Shown piece by piece: positions 1 to 12,287 of a stretch of 64,000 nt of DNA. The first letter of the stretch is position 1. Each line of letters starts with the position of its first letter. A program made the position numbers and the translations under genes. Origin of the DNA: Paecilomyces variotii (Eukaryota); NCBI GenBank assembly GCA_004022145.1, contig RCNU01000007.1; one strand, 5' to 3'. A model generated the notes under the pieces. It was not told the DNA's origin. It was given only the letters and a program-made list of their open reading frames with translations, and did no database searches.

Positions 1-1714
1 TGATTTGCAAAAGGTGAAGTGTTGCTGTGAAAAAAGACCATGAAAGCGCGCCAGAGCGCGTTTCAACAACCTGTCAGCGACGATGACACCAAAGAATAAC
101 GGACCAGCCAACAACTCCACCGCAATGTGGTCTCACCACATTAAACAAAAGTAGGATTGCATCGCAGATAATCACATCAAAAGCCTCATATCACATCGCA
201 CCAGGAATGTGTATGTCAGACGGAGTAACTAACCATGTTGGGCCCGAGGAGCATATCCCGACTGTATCCTTTATCTCCATTAGGAGGCAGCAAATTGTCA
301 ACGGAATGCTCGACAGTGACTTGAAAAGCGACGCGTTTTTAAGAAATATTATTATTCCCTTGTAGTAGAAACACCAGTATCGGATATTATTCCCTATGAA
401 TCATTCATTAAAAAAGGGAGCGATAAGCCCGATGTCGTAATTTAAAGAAAGAAAGAAAGAAACAATAATTTAAAGCTGTCAACGTCCGTCGCGGAAGTTT
501 GTTGTAGGAGTCGGCCCAGGTTCGTCGTCTGGTTGGCAGTTTCACCTGTGAGTGGGTTCGTCGTTGCCCTGCCAACACCACGCTACGGCGCATACGGGAA
601 TTTAGTCTTGAATATGCGCAGAAAAGTGAGTTGATAATAATAAGAATTAGTTAGAGATATGGTCTAGTCATATGTATATATACCTCATGAAAGTAAAAGG
701 TAGTATGGCTGCCTAGAGGTATGAAAACACATGTACTAAACTACATCAGTAAAATATACCCATCACAGCTCCGTAACGGATCTCTGAATTATTCATTTAA
801 TTTTCACAGAGAGGTTAGGTACTAATCCTTACCTTGTTACTGTTACTGTTAACGTGACTATATCTTTCGTTTTCGAGGAAAGGTTCTTAAAAAAAAATGG
901 ATATATTCAAGTCAAGTTAACCTCGGCCTCGATATCTCATTCTACCACTCTACAAACAACTCAATATGAAAAACTACTTAATACAGACGTACTGAGAAAT
1001 TATTAGATCCTCACTAACTGCTCAGTTATACATTGCTATGCTAATCGATGTTTTTTATACATACTTTACATTAAAAATATGTATCCTGATCCGTGAGAGT
1101 CCGTTACGTGACGAGTCAACTAGCATACTCTAGAGGTTTCAATCCGAGTCTTTCACGCTTGTCTTCATTTCATGATTTTAAGACTTTCAGGAGCGAATGG
1201 ATTTCTCTATCTGGGCCGTTCAAGGTCCAAACTTACCATCGAAATCAAGGGCTGCTAGGACTTCTACGTTCCCTAGTTATGGTCGTTTCTGGACACACAA
1301 GAGCTAGATATGGCTTGCTGTATATACTAATAATGTCCTCTAAGAAATAGACTCCTGACCCCAAAGGGGAGAAGCATATCTCTTCATCATAAATTTATAG
1401 GAACTCTGTAGTCCTGAGTGTATTTTGCTGCGAGTCTCGATATGGAGCACTGCGCAGTGGATGACATATTCTGTCCTGGCTTCATCCATCATCTCATCAG
1501 CTACAATGATGGGTTGCAATGCCCTTCCAGCGTAAGCCATGAGCATATAACGACGATCGACCCCAGCTGTTGAGAAAGCGGATTCATGGTCAGGAGTTGG
1601 ACATGTCAGGAGATAAGATATGTCATGATCGGGGAAGCCATCCCTAGTGTGTATTCACCATTATCCATTATAGAATTCCGAGGAACATAGTTATTGCGAG
1701 ATCGTCTCATCTCA

Positions 1715-2142
1715 TCAGAATCCGTTCGTGTTCACATCTCTCTCGTCGAAAGGATCTCCAAACTCCCCTACAGTAAACAAAAACCGCATTAGCAAATCCC
1801 AAGACTTCACAACCAACAGCATGACTTGGCTAACATACTCAGACTGAAATCCCTATCCACCACATTCTCCAACGCCCGTTGATACTCCTCTTCCGCACGT
1901 TTATTCATCCATGACGCCCCGGGCTTCTCTGTCGTCTTCGAATCGCCCTTCCTATCCACTGCCTCGGACCCCGTTGTAAATGTCATGCCGCCTGGTCGTG
2001 CTGCGGGCTCTGAAGCTTTCTGCGATCCTGGAGGGGAGAGCTCGGAGTTGAAATGTGTGCCGCCGTTGGTGGGTGTGCGGGTACCGGTGGGCTGGGGAGA
2101 GCTAGGCTGGTGCAGGTCTTCGGATTCAGGAGAGGAGACCAT
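1715..2142 (-). CDS. Small hypothetical protein, 2 exons (~2142-1839, ~1768-1715)
   Basis: ORF MVSSPESEDL...ENVVDRDFSL is followed by a GTATGT donor, a GCTAAT branch and a TAG acceptor; exon 2 reads (R)EFGDPFDERDVNTNGF*. The true start could lie further upstream. Confidence 0.7.
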
Positions 2143-2877
2143 TTCGGAGTCGCCGTCCGGATCTGTAGCAGTTGAGAGTAGGGTTAGTATAGTTTTGATT
2201 TTCTTTGGGGAATAGAACAGATAAGTGGACGGACAACGAGGGAAGAGAAAGAAGCTTGGTCAATTCTGAGCGTGTAAGAGTGAAGAATAGGGACAGACAA
2301 CAGTTCCAGGAATGTATCTCAGATCGAAAAGAACAAAGCTAGTCGAACTCAATGTGATCCAAAGGAAACCTGCATGTACGTACCTGCAGACATGTTGGAA
2401 AGACTAGGTTGATAAGCAAGCAGATCGTATGCGAGACAAAGAAAGAGCCGTTCCGGATAATTCCCAACTCGAATCACAGAAAAGATGATGAGAAAAGATC
2501 CAGAAATTAGACAGATAAGAGAAGAAACATTAGTCTGCCTGGGTAGTTACAGTAGAATAGTTTCCGTATCGTCTAGACGTCAGCGCAAAGTCCCCGCAAG
2601 CTTCCCCCTCCAGCCCTAGGCTCGTGCCGCCTTCCCGCCGCACTAACAACTCTCTCCGTCTTCAGGTCAGACCATTGCTGAAATCTTCAGGACTTACTCG
2701 TCAGGAAGAGGAGGAGAACAGCGCGTGCCAGACGCCCAGAGGGAAAAAGTGATACCCAACTAGAATAGCAAGGATATATCCGCTACGACACTCCCTTTGC
2801 GACTACCATCACCAGTCTGTCGTATATATCCGACTTTTGCCTTTTTTCTCACCCTCCGAAGAACTGCCTAGCCTGAC

Positions 2878-3916
2878 ATGAGCGCCAACCCTTCGGGGAG
2901 AATCCCAGACGCTTGGGAGGACGACTTCGAGAGACAGGTTGATGTACGTATATGCTATCTGTACCCTCCGTACCATACTAGTCTTCTTGTTGAAAGACTT
3001 CATCGCCTTCACAAAGCACTAGACATTGATTGACTTGGACGTTTTCTGCCCCGCATACAGACATCAGCGACCGAAAATCCTTCCGCAGAGAAGAAAGTCT
3101 CTTCAAAAGTGTCAAAGGCCCAGCGGAGAGCGCAGCATGCGGAGTTCAACAGGCAATTATGGGCTGAAGCGTACGTCTTGCTCTTTGCTTACTTTTTCTC
3201 TTTCGCTCTGCGACTGGAAAGCATCTGGCGTCTAATCCAGTCCCAACAGAAATAGCGAATCCTCGCAGTCGTTCCATTTCCTCGAAGCGCGCACATCGAC
3301 AGTTCCATTGAAACAGGACTTCAAACCCACCGTGACCCTCTTGAGCCGAAAACCCCAGATTGCCTCGCGACAGTCATCGTCAGTTGATTCTGCTGCCGCC
3401 GGTATAAGCCGCCTAGGCCTCAATGGAGAGGGAGATGACGACTCGGATGATGAGTCTAAGAAAGCACCAACGATGACACCGGAAGAACGGCAGGCGAAGG
3501 CGCTGCGAGATCGCGAGGAGAAACAGCGCAGGTATGAAGAGGTGCGCGAGCGCTTGTTTGGAAGTCCCTCGGCCACGACATCTGGAGCGTCGTCGCCAGG
3601 GAGTACAACACCACCGAGGCAACATCACAGCGGAGAAGGAAGGGGGAAAGGGAAAGGCCGAGGTGGCGGAAGCCATAGCAGGGAGAAACGCGATACTTCT
3701 TCCGCATCAGGGAGATCAAGACAGCTTTATGATCCCGGATATACAGCCAAGCCGAATTCTACATATTTACAGAAGAGGGACAGACAGCAATCGGCAGAAC
3801 GTTACGACAATGAACAGCAGCAATCTCCGCAGCAGCCTACGCGTGCCCCCAGGGGCCCGGATGGAAGCGGACGTGGAGGATTTGGATTCAGCAACAGAGG
3901 CGCAAAAGCACCTTAA
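2878..3916 (+). CDS. SUZ-domain RNA-binding protein (SZRD1-like), 3 exons
   Basis: Starts MSANPSGRIPDAWEDD; GTACGT introns at ~2944-3060 and ~3171-3249; SUZ-like EERQAKA...YEEVRERLFG and C-terminal PTRAPRGPDGSGRGGF. Confidence 0.8.
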
Positions 3917-4049
3917 GGGTATCAAAGAGAAAATGTTGCAGAATGCTCTCAGCCAGCACAGGTCCCAGACCGCTTGGGCATTCGATATTCCACCAAAGAG
4001 GCAGGAGAATCGTTGCTTTTATTTTACAGATAGCAAAGCTTGAGATCCT

Positions 4050-5210
4050 CTACGGAAGGCCCCTGCCCGAGTTTATTGCATTCGCAAGCTGCGAAGTATT
4101 TGGCCGATTCTCTGCCAAGATGTCAGCTCGAATTTTTTTGATCAGCATCTACACGCTCTACTCACCCGCATATCGCTCATAGCTGTCAAGGTAGAGATCA
4201 TCGCTGCTGGTTGTTGCTTGGACATGCTCATTTGACTCGATAGCATTGACCCACGCGGCCCATCGGCTGCCCATCTCAGGATCGGGCCAGCCACGATATG
4301 GTTTCAGCACTCGACTCAGTCGAAGTATCCAGGGGGCAATATGGATATCGACCATCGAGATATTCGGTCCAAGGAAGAACGGGCCGTGGACGTGCGATGC
4401 ATTCACTAACTTGCTGATATCGTCCTTGAGCTCTTCTGCGTACGTGACCTGCTTCTGCGGGTCTTGCTCTTGGAGGACACGATAGAAGGCCGGTATAATG
4501 TGCCGGTTTATCTGCTGACTGTCAGTCAATGCACTCTGAGATTAGTTGGCGGGAAACGAACATGATCTGCCCAGAGTCGACAATGCGCACGAAGCTTCGC
4601 GTCCCCGGGTGGCAGTAAGGGCGTTCCAAAGTCCAGATCTTCCAGCTGGATATTTTGTCAACGTACATCCTTTGATCGAGCATGATGGGACATCAGTCAC
4701 GTACATATTCAAGCAGCACTGTACTCTCATGGCAACCCCAATTGCCGTGTCGCAACGCAGGGACAAGTCCTCGCGGATTGACCTCCAACAAGGCCTCTGG
4801 TTTCTTGTACGGGTCTACTTCAATATACTGATACGGGATCCCCTTGACCTCCAATGCTATCCAAACACGCTGAACAAAAGGACTGGGTGGAGAGTTTGGT
4901 TAGCCGAGATTGAGCCTCTTTTGCTGCGCTCCTATCCATGGATTGGGAACAGGGGCACCCACCAAAAGCAAGACGCGAACAACTTGAGATCGCTCTCTTT
5001 TGAACGTTTCTTGACTGTCAAGGCGGCCAAGCCTGTGGCTCTCTTGTGGTATGTTTTTTGCTGCGACTTGTTCTGGTCAGACATGGTTTTGTTGCCTCTT
5101 GTTTGTATGTTTAAACGCTTGGAATAGCAGGAGAGGAGGTGATTGCTTGTTGCCGGTCGACCAGGGATAAAATATCGTCTGCTGAGGGAGAAGAGGGGCT
5201 TGAGAGACAT
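4050..5210 (-). CDS. Glutathione S-transferase, omega-like (CPF active site), 5 exons; alternative ATGs at 5210 and 5084
   Basis: Spliced FASCFC-PFVQRVWIALEVKGIPYQYIEVDPYKKP...NPRGLVP (GST-N) and GPFFLGPNISMVDIHIAPW (GST-C); last exon ENRPNTSQLANAINSGRGLP* ends at 4050. Confidence 0.9.
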
Positions 5211-5556
5211 GATGCCTGCTGGAAGCGGGGAACGTGTGATGATGCGGGCAGGCGATGGTGCTTGGAGAGACGGAGCAAAAAAGATACCGGGAATGACGTA
5301 TGGATGCGTTTGGTCCCTTGCCCAACATCGTGCTCCGCAATAATACTCCACACGAACATCACAAGCTCTTTACTCCGTGCGAAGCTGTTTTCTGGTTCAT
5401 GCCATATTTTTGCTTTTCGAGCTATATAGACTTTTGGCTTTCATGAAGCTGAAAACCCTTGCAGGCGTCCAATTGCAAGCAGAGTATCGCTTTGATCGAT
5501 AGGGACAAGAACCACCGGTGCAGCCCAGAAACAATAAGAGGAAAAGATGGACTTAC

Positions 5557-6845
5557 CATAGCTTTCTTTTGCTCCTTTGCTTCCTTGAGCATCCATCGTT
5601 GCACGCTGTTCTTCTTCACGCGGTCGCTTTCCTCGAGTGTATGTCTGTGACCACCGCCCACACCGTCGGCTTTTCCATTGGCCCCGTTCCCATTTACTCG
5701 TTGGATTGTGAAATAGCGCGCTCCATGAGCAGCCGGATGGCCCTCGGGTAGGGTAGGATTCGGTGTCAGGACGCCGAACGGCTGATTCTCTCGTGGGTTA
5801 TCACCTGGATTGAAGAAGGGATTGACCGTCTGCAACTCCGGGGGCAGCTGCGCCATATGGGATACGACGTCTGCCGGTGTCATAGACGCCGGAAAGTGTT
5901 CTGTGATCTTTATCTTGACGTCGCAGAGGTCCCGCTGCCTGGCGGTCCGTCGACGCTTCTTCTTGTTCGGGTCGTCGGACTTGGGAGTGCCTGGCGGCCG
6001 GCCCTTCAATCGACAGTCCCAGTAGTGAGAGACAAAGGGCTTGCGCTTGTATCTTTGCGTAGAGCGATGCGAATAGACGTTATCCACATGCGGGAAGTAA
6101 GTCTGGAATCTACAGCAGATGTGTAAGCACAACGGTCTGCGCGTCTATACAATGGAGAGTTCTCCCGGGCATACTGTTCCTCAGTCAAAGTAATCGTCTC
6201 ATCTACGTTGAAGAGCCGTTCCCTCCACGCCTCCAGATCAGGCGGATACGGAATCAGCTTCATCCCCCCAAAGTGCCCGTCGGATTTCCCAGTCGCAACA
6301 GGCTCCCCACCAGAACCACCCAGCAGCTCCCCTTCCTTCTGCAGCTGCATGATCGCATTATGCTGCAGAGGCTGCTGCTCCAGCGAGTGCAGCATCTCAA
6401 ATTGATTATTACCCCGCGGCTGAAACACACTATTCATCGACGTCTGATTGCGCGCCATCAACTGCGTCTGACCGGGTCGTGGCGGAGGGGGAACAACAGC
6501 ATATTGTCCTCCTCCTCCTCCTCCGCCGCCGCCGCCATTACTATCATTATCACTGCTCCGTTGCTGCTCCTGCGACAGCACCGAGACATCATTCACCTGC
6601 TCTCCCGGTCGTGGAGGCCGCACGAAGGACTTGGACGTCACGGACTGAAGATGTTGTTGCTGCTGCTGGTGCTGTTGCTGTTGCTCCTGGAGCTCTGCGA
6701 TAGTAGACGGAAAGGTCTGGAACGTGGTATCGAACCCCGAAGCGAGTTGCGAGGCAAGGGTGTTTGGGGATAAGTTCTGGAGCGATGCTGCTGATTGCAG
6801 ATTGCGGAGGTTGACGGGGAGGTGTTGGAGATCGGGACTGTCCAT
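5557..6845 (-). CDS. Q/G-rich protein with putative WRKY/FAR1/GCM-like Zn-binding DNA-binding domain; may be the 5' part of a fusion with the downstream GST
   Basis: ATG at 6845 (MDSPDLQHLP); intron 6174-6110 joins EEQ-FQTYFPHVDNVY; motif YWDCRLKG...RDLCDVKIKITE...HRHTL; GTAAGT donor at 5556. If unspliced, the ORF stops at 5422. Confidence 0.75.
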
Positions 6846-7523
6846 GATGAAGCAAAGTAAATAAATAAATAACAAAATAAAAGAAAAGAAACAAATAAAG
6901 AAACTAAATCCAAGATCCAAGATCTTCCACAGAAGATTAGATTGGATGGATAGACACCAGGAGAACCCAGCGCGCGCGCGTGCAGACTGCGACACTCCGT
7001 ACAATATCTAAAAATGATATTAGATAGTTGGTTAGTTAGTAGTATAGTCGTATCAGCAGCAGCGGCTAGATAGAGATCGGTCTGGATCTCTCTCCTGTGC
7101 TTCTCTTTTCGAGATCGCTGCTTTTGTCACAGGGCGGGTATGGCGACGGGGAAGGGTTGAAGCGGCGCTGGGTTTTGCGGTTCGGTTTTTGGTGGAGTTG
7201 TTTAGTTAGCTTGGGACGCGGGAAGAGAAGCCGGGCGGACTATCTACCATACTCTATCTGGTCTAGACTAGTTAGACCATCAGATCCGGGGCGACTACGT
7301 ACAAGGGCCATCTCGAAAGCAGAAAGCTCAAAGTCGATCTCCAGATTTCAAATAAAAAGATAGAGAAAGCTGCACTTAATTCTTTGAATTTCTCGTTCGG
7401 CCATCATATCCTGTGACTTGCCATAAAAAACGCAACCACATGAGACTAAGTACCTAGTAGCCAATTGTTGTCAAATCGCGACAGAATCAGCTATCTCCTT
7501 TAAAAGGTTTTAGCATCTCGACG

Positions 7524-8413
7524 ATGGCTTCACTTGAGTCCCAATACTCCCCTACACTGGAACAATTTCCCCTGAGAAGCCAAAAGATCCATGTACTGGA
7601 TTACGCAGGAGGAGGAAATGCAGCCTACGTGTTCAAAGTCCTCATCGACGGGAAGACATATGCGTTGAAAATGGTAGGTATGACATGACCAAGTGACCCT
7701 ATCGCTCTACATTGAAAAACTCATTTCAGAGGTAGTTCAAATTCGATAATCCACTATTATATCCTTCCAGACTTCGAGGAATATCACGAAGAGCCGTATA
7801 CGACAATTTCTTTATCGAATGCCGCACAAACACGTCTCTTATTAGGCAGGAACTTAACGGCAAAATCACTCCGTTCTGTCATGGTTGGATACTTGTCCCG
7901 ACCAAAACTGAGAGGGATGTCGCTAAACATTTTAATGTTCAATCGTTCCTATGGGATCGGCCACCAAATGCTACCGATGAAAAAGTCCGAGCACTCTTGT
8001 TCGATTGGGTTGATGGTAAAATGGTGTCCCAGATCCGAATCACTGCGCACATTGCAGACCAGATTCGGAATGCGTTAAAAGAGCTCCACCAGGCCTCGAT
8101 AGCTCATCGTGATATCAGGGCAGCAAACATAATGGTCACTAAGGATCGGGTTTATCTCATAGACCTCAACTCTGCGTGGATTCTTTCTTCTCCACCAGAG
8201 ATCTCCTCGCAAAAGCTTAAAGATGCCCAAGAAGAAGACCATCGGAGTCTTGAAGCAGGTTTTGTACTGCTCTCTCAGATTAATGATGGAGAATCTGTTG
8301 CGGATCTGTCCCTACTAGGTGGATTGTCTCTGGAGGAGATATTAACTATATATGATCCGATAAAATGCCACTGGCGACCTCAACCACGCTCATTTTGGCA
8401 TTCCAAACGGTGA
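7524..8413 (+). CDS. Fungal protein-kinase-like protein (FTA2-like kinase fold), 2 exons
   Basis: Exon 1 has the Gly loop YAGGGNAAYVFKV and YALKM; intron 7674-7735; exon 2 has FIECR, CHGW, catalytic HRDIRAANI and LIDLN (DFG-like). Confidence 0.8.
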
Positions 8414-9218
8414 AGGTTTTCAATCTGCGGAATATGAATCAGGTCGAGGACCAAATTCTTTAACAGATTTAATTTTATTAACAGCAAAACATTTATCTAT
8501 CAGAAGTCAAACCATACTCGCAGTAGTAGCGGTTGAAAACCACAACATGCACAACATCGGAAGATGGGACAAGGCCGAGATGCTCATACGCAAAGAGACG
8601 ACGAAAGGTATTGAGTCCCATCCTTGATCGGGGATTTTTTTTCCCTGATTTCGTCCACTTTCGAGGGAAATAGCCATGAAGAAGACACATTGGTCAATAT
8701 TGATATAGGGGATTATTCATCGCACGCGCTAACTAACTTAAGCCGCGCGTTCAGACGATAGTTATCAAAGAGTCTTATCGAGATATAAGTTATGCTGATG
8801 CAAGTGGGAAATGGTTTAGTTATTCAGGCTGAATTATTCGTCGAATAAGATAAAAGCATTAACCGAAGTCGAGATCTATCTTTCTTTCCTTTTTTTGTTC
8901 TTCCTGTCTTCTAGTAATTATTTCCTAGTTGCAGGATGGCATCGCATCGCATCGCATCGCATAGGTAAATGATCTCCAGATTTCCCCTACCTAATTAGTT
9001 AGTTATTGTACATGCCGCCGCCCACATCTCCAATGCGCCTTTAACTCAAATACGTTATACATTCGATCGTAGCTAGATAATCCTACCCTTTAACTACCCC
9101 ATACGGAGTGATAGATCGAGAGTAGGATCGGATCGAGACCTTCCTTTCAACCGTAATTCCATCTCCACATGCCATTTCCACGACATCACGTCAGAAGACC
9201 TCAACTCCAAATCCAACC

Positions 9219-10177
9219 TCACAGTCCCTTCTTCGACTCAAACCGCTTATCAGCCTCCTTATTCTCAAACGGGAACCCCGACGTCCTCTTATCGACTCCC
9301 GTCTTCCGACTAATCTTCCCATGCTCGCTTGCGAAAAGCAAACACCAAAGTCCCACGGCCCCCACGAGCGCATATCCAGCCATTCCCAGCGCAAAGGCCG
9401 CTTGTCCACTAGTCGTGAACCACGTGTAGGCGTAGAACCCGCTGATTCCATGGAAGATAGTGGTGATGAGCATCGTAGGCACGGCATAGGGCGCCTTGGG
9501 GTCATTATCGTTTGTGGTAACGGGTCGATTGGCTGTCGATGTTAGGGGGACGGATCCAGTGAGAAGGATCGTCAGGATGGCTAGTGTGAGGAGGCTCAAT
9601 CCGGAGCATCGGGAAAGGTAGATTTCAATCGCTAAGATTGCAGAATATAGATTAGTTAGTCCTTTCTTTTCTGGGGGACTTTTTTTTTTTGCTTTTTGCT
9701 GGTGCTGGTGCTTGTTCTTTTCTCTCCGGCTCCGGGGAAAAGAAGGCTGTCTCCCCCTTCTCCACTAAGTATATGACCACGAATAACATGCCGGGGCAAT
9801 GGAAGATGACACAAGTCCCCCTTAACTAGTTGCAGGAAGAAGAAGAAAAAAAAAAATGGCGACCCCTCCAATCCAGAACTGGCTAGGTATTTACTTACAT
9901 GACGGAGGTCTAGTCTCATCTAACAGCATCGTCACCGTCATCTTGGGCGATGCCAGCAATAGGAATCCTTGGACGGATAGCCATGCGGCTGTTCCGTAGG
10001 TGTAGGTGTAAAAGACCTGGTGACCAGTGACAGAATCCGTTAGTTCCTATAAGTAGACTATAGATATGGAGAAAACCTAGAATTGGCGACAGGCATTATT
10101 GCAGGAGCAGAGAGATTGCGCCCTGGGATGCATGCAGGGGGTCAAGGTCAAGAGGGACAGAACGCACGTACATCCAT
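9219..10177 (-). CDS. Small multi-pass membrane protein of unknown function, 3 exons
   Basis: ATGGAT|GTACGT micro-exon at 10177-10172; exon VFYTYTYGTAAWLS...ETRPPS (~10016-9899); exon IEIYLSRCSGLSLLTLAIL... with about 4 hydrophobic helices in total, ending KRTSGFPFENKEADKRFESKKGL*. Confidence 0.8.
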
Positions 10178-11314
10178 GATGGGGGGCCGAATGAATCCCA
10201 AGGGTATGGTTATTATTCTCTCTTTTCTTTCCAGAAAATGTGGAACACTCGAGATGATGAAATCCGGGGTATATTAGATAGATAGATAGCAAGCCGGTAT
10301 TGTTTTTGGAAGCTTCGATATCTCACTGAATAAGAAAGATTTCTTGCTTTTGCTTTCTTTCTTCTTTTCAATGAAATCAACGATATCAAGACAGTAACAC
10401 AGTACCGTGAGTCGAGTCGAGTCAATGCAAGATGAGCTGAGGAAAGGTCAAAAGTACCACCAAGACGGAGCGGTCTGGGGAACAAGGATAAGTAGCTAGC
10501 TGTGAGGGGAGAAGGGGGGGAGCAACGATTCTTAAATTGCCGGGATGGAGGGGCCCTCTCTGCAACGAGGCGTTCTCACAAACCTGGCATATGCGTTCAC
10601 CAAGATGACTTACTTAGTAGAGAGATGGGGTACTTTTGCTTCGGAACTTGATTCAATTGAACGAATTCATTCTTTTTCATTCTTGATTGGCGTCAAAGAG
10701 TTAGTGTAGTTATGACATCATGCGATATCCAGCTGGAACTTTGGGGAGATCCGGTGTGTTTGTGGGGTTTGCATCTAGATTTATGCTAACTATTGCATTA
10801 ATTGATTAATTAATCAAGTCGAGAGTGTCTTGACTCTTGAGTATGAAGGATCTAGTCTAATAATAATAGATAGTCATTGGCGGAGTGGTTAGGCTGTCGA
10901 GTTGATTTGCTGGTTTGGTATCGCTCGATTGGTTGACAGCTTATGGTATACAGTTCCTTGACTACTCTAGAGTCTAGATTACAAATTCAGATAAACCATC
11001 CAAGTAGCATCTTGAATCCACGATACCTAAATTACCTGTTCTAATAATAATCATAAGAAAAGAAGAGAGACAAGAATAAAAACGAAATGAAATAAAATGA
11101 GGGTTATGCATATCCGAATTTCACCGCTTGTTCGCTCCTGTGATGTGATGTCCTTTCCCTAGCAATCTCGAACCGAAAACTTTTGTCCTTCCGGGTACCG
11201 ACTTCAGAACGCCCTGTAAGAGATGTAGAATAATAATAATAATAATAAAATAAGGATGAAGAAAGGAAAGGAAAGTGATTCTTGGGTCTCAGTCCCCCCC
11301 CGAACAAAAAAACA

Positions 11315-12287
11315 TCACAGATGCTGGGGGGCTTTGTACTGTGAGCCATCAGCAGCATCCGGATCGTCAACCCCGTGGATGACCCGAGCAGGAACGCCCC
11401 AAGCGACACTGAACGGTGGGATATCCTTCGTCACAAGAGATCCGGCACCGATCGTGGTGCCTTTCCCTATCGTCACGCCCGGGAGGATGGTGGCTCCGGA
11501 TCCGATCCAGCAATCGTCGCCTATAGTGACCGATCGCGCATACACGACGCCGTCACGACGACTCTGGACATCTTTATCATGACTTTCAGTCAGAATGGTC
11601 ACATTGGGGGCGATGAGAACGCGGTTGCCAATCGTAACGAAGCCGCTGTCATGGATGCGAAGACTGGTTGGGAGCGACCGTAAGTATTCGTCCTGAGACT
11701 TTTTTCCTTCCTCTCTCTTTCTCTCTCTCTCCCCTACACACGAGCAGTAGACTCACTTGACGTTGGCGTAGAACTTATCTCCTAGAGCGATATTGCTACC
11801 ATACTGAAAGTTAAATGGAGGTTCGATGACCGGCTGCTCACCGACCTCTCCGATGATCGTACGCAGCATCTTCTCCCGTCGGTTCCGGAGGCCTTGGAAC
11901 ACCTTCTCTGGAGGCACTTTAGGATCGTTGGGGATATCGTCTTGATTATAACTGATACAGAACTGTCGCGCCCGCAGTTTCCTTCCCTGCAGACTGGGCG
12001 ATGATAGTAGTCTAAATCTGTTCGCGAACCACACTTCGATATCAGCGTCGAACCGCGGCCAACTTATCATATACACAAGATACCCATGGAGAGACGACAT
12101 ACGGCTGCCCCGAGATCATCTTCTCATACTCCCGACAGAGAGGACCGGCTTTCTGAAGCCGAGCAGCGTGAGGGCAATGCAATGCATGCTGGCTGTGATT
12201 ATTAGGATCTTTGAGGTCCATCTCGGAGGATGTTTGCGTCCACTTGTCCCTGGGGTCTGTCCCGTCGTCCGAGAGACCTCTTGTCAT
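11315..12287 (-). CDS. Maltose/galactoside O-acetyltransferase family (Mac domain plus hexapeptide repeats), 3 exons
   Basis: EYEKMISG, IEPPFNFQYGSNI.LGDKFYAN, VTIGDDCWIGSGATILPGVTIG...GAGSLVTKDIPP...GVPARV. Confidence 0.9.

Noticed and set aside
2587-2596. AAAGTCCCCG resembling RNase MRP conserved region I
   Set aside because: No matching CR-V or P4 partner seen; lies in a divergent promoter.
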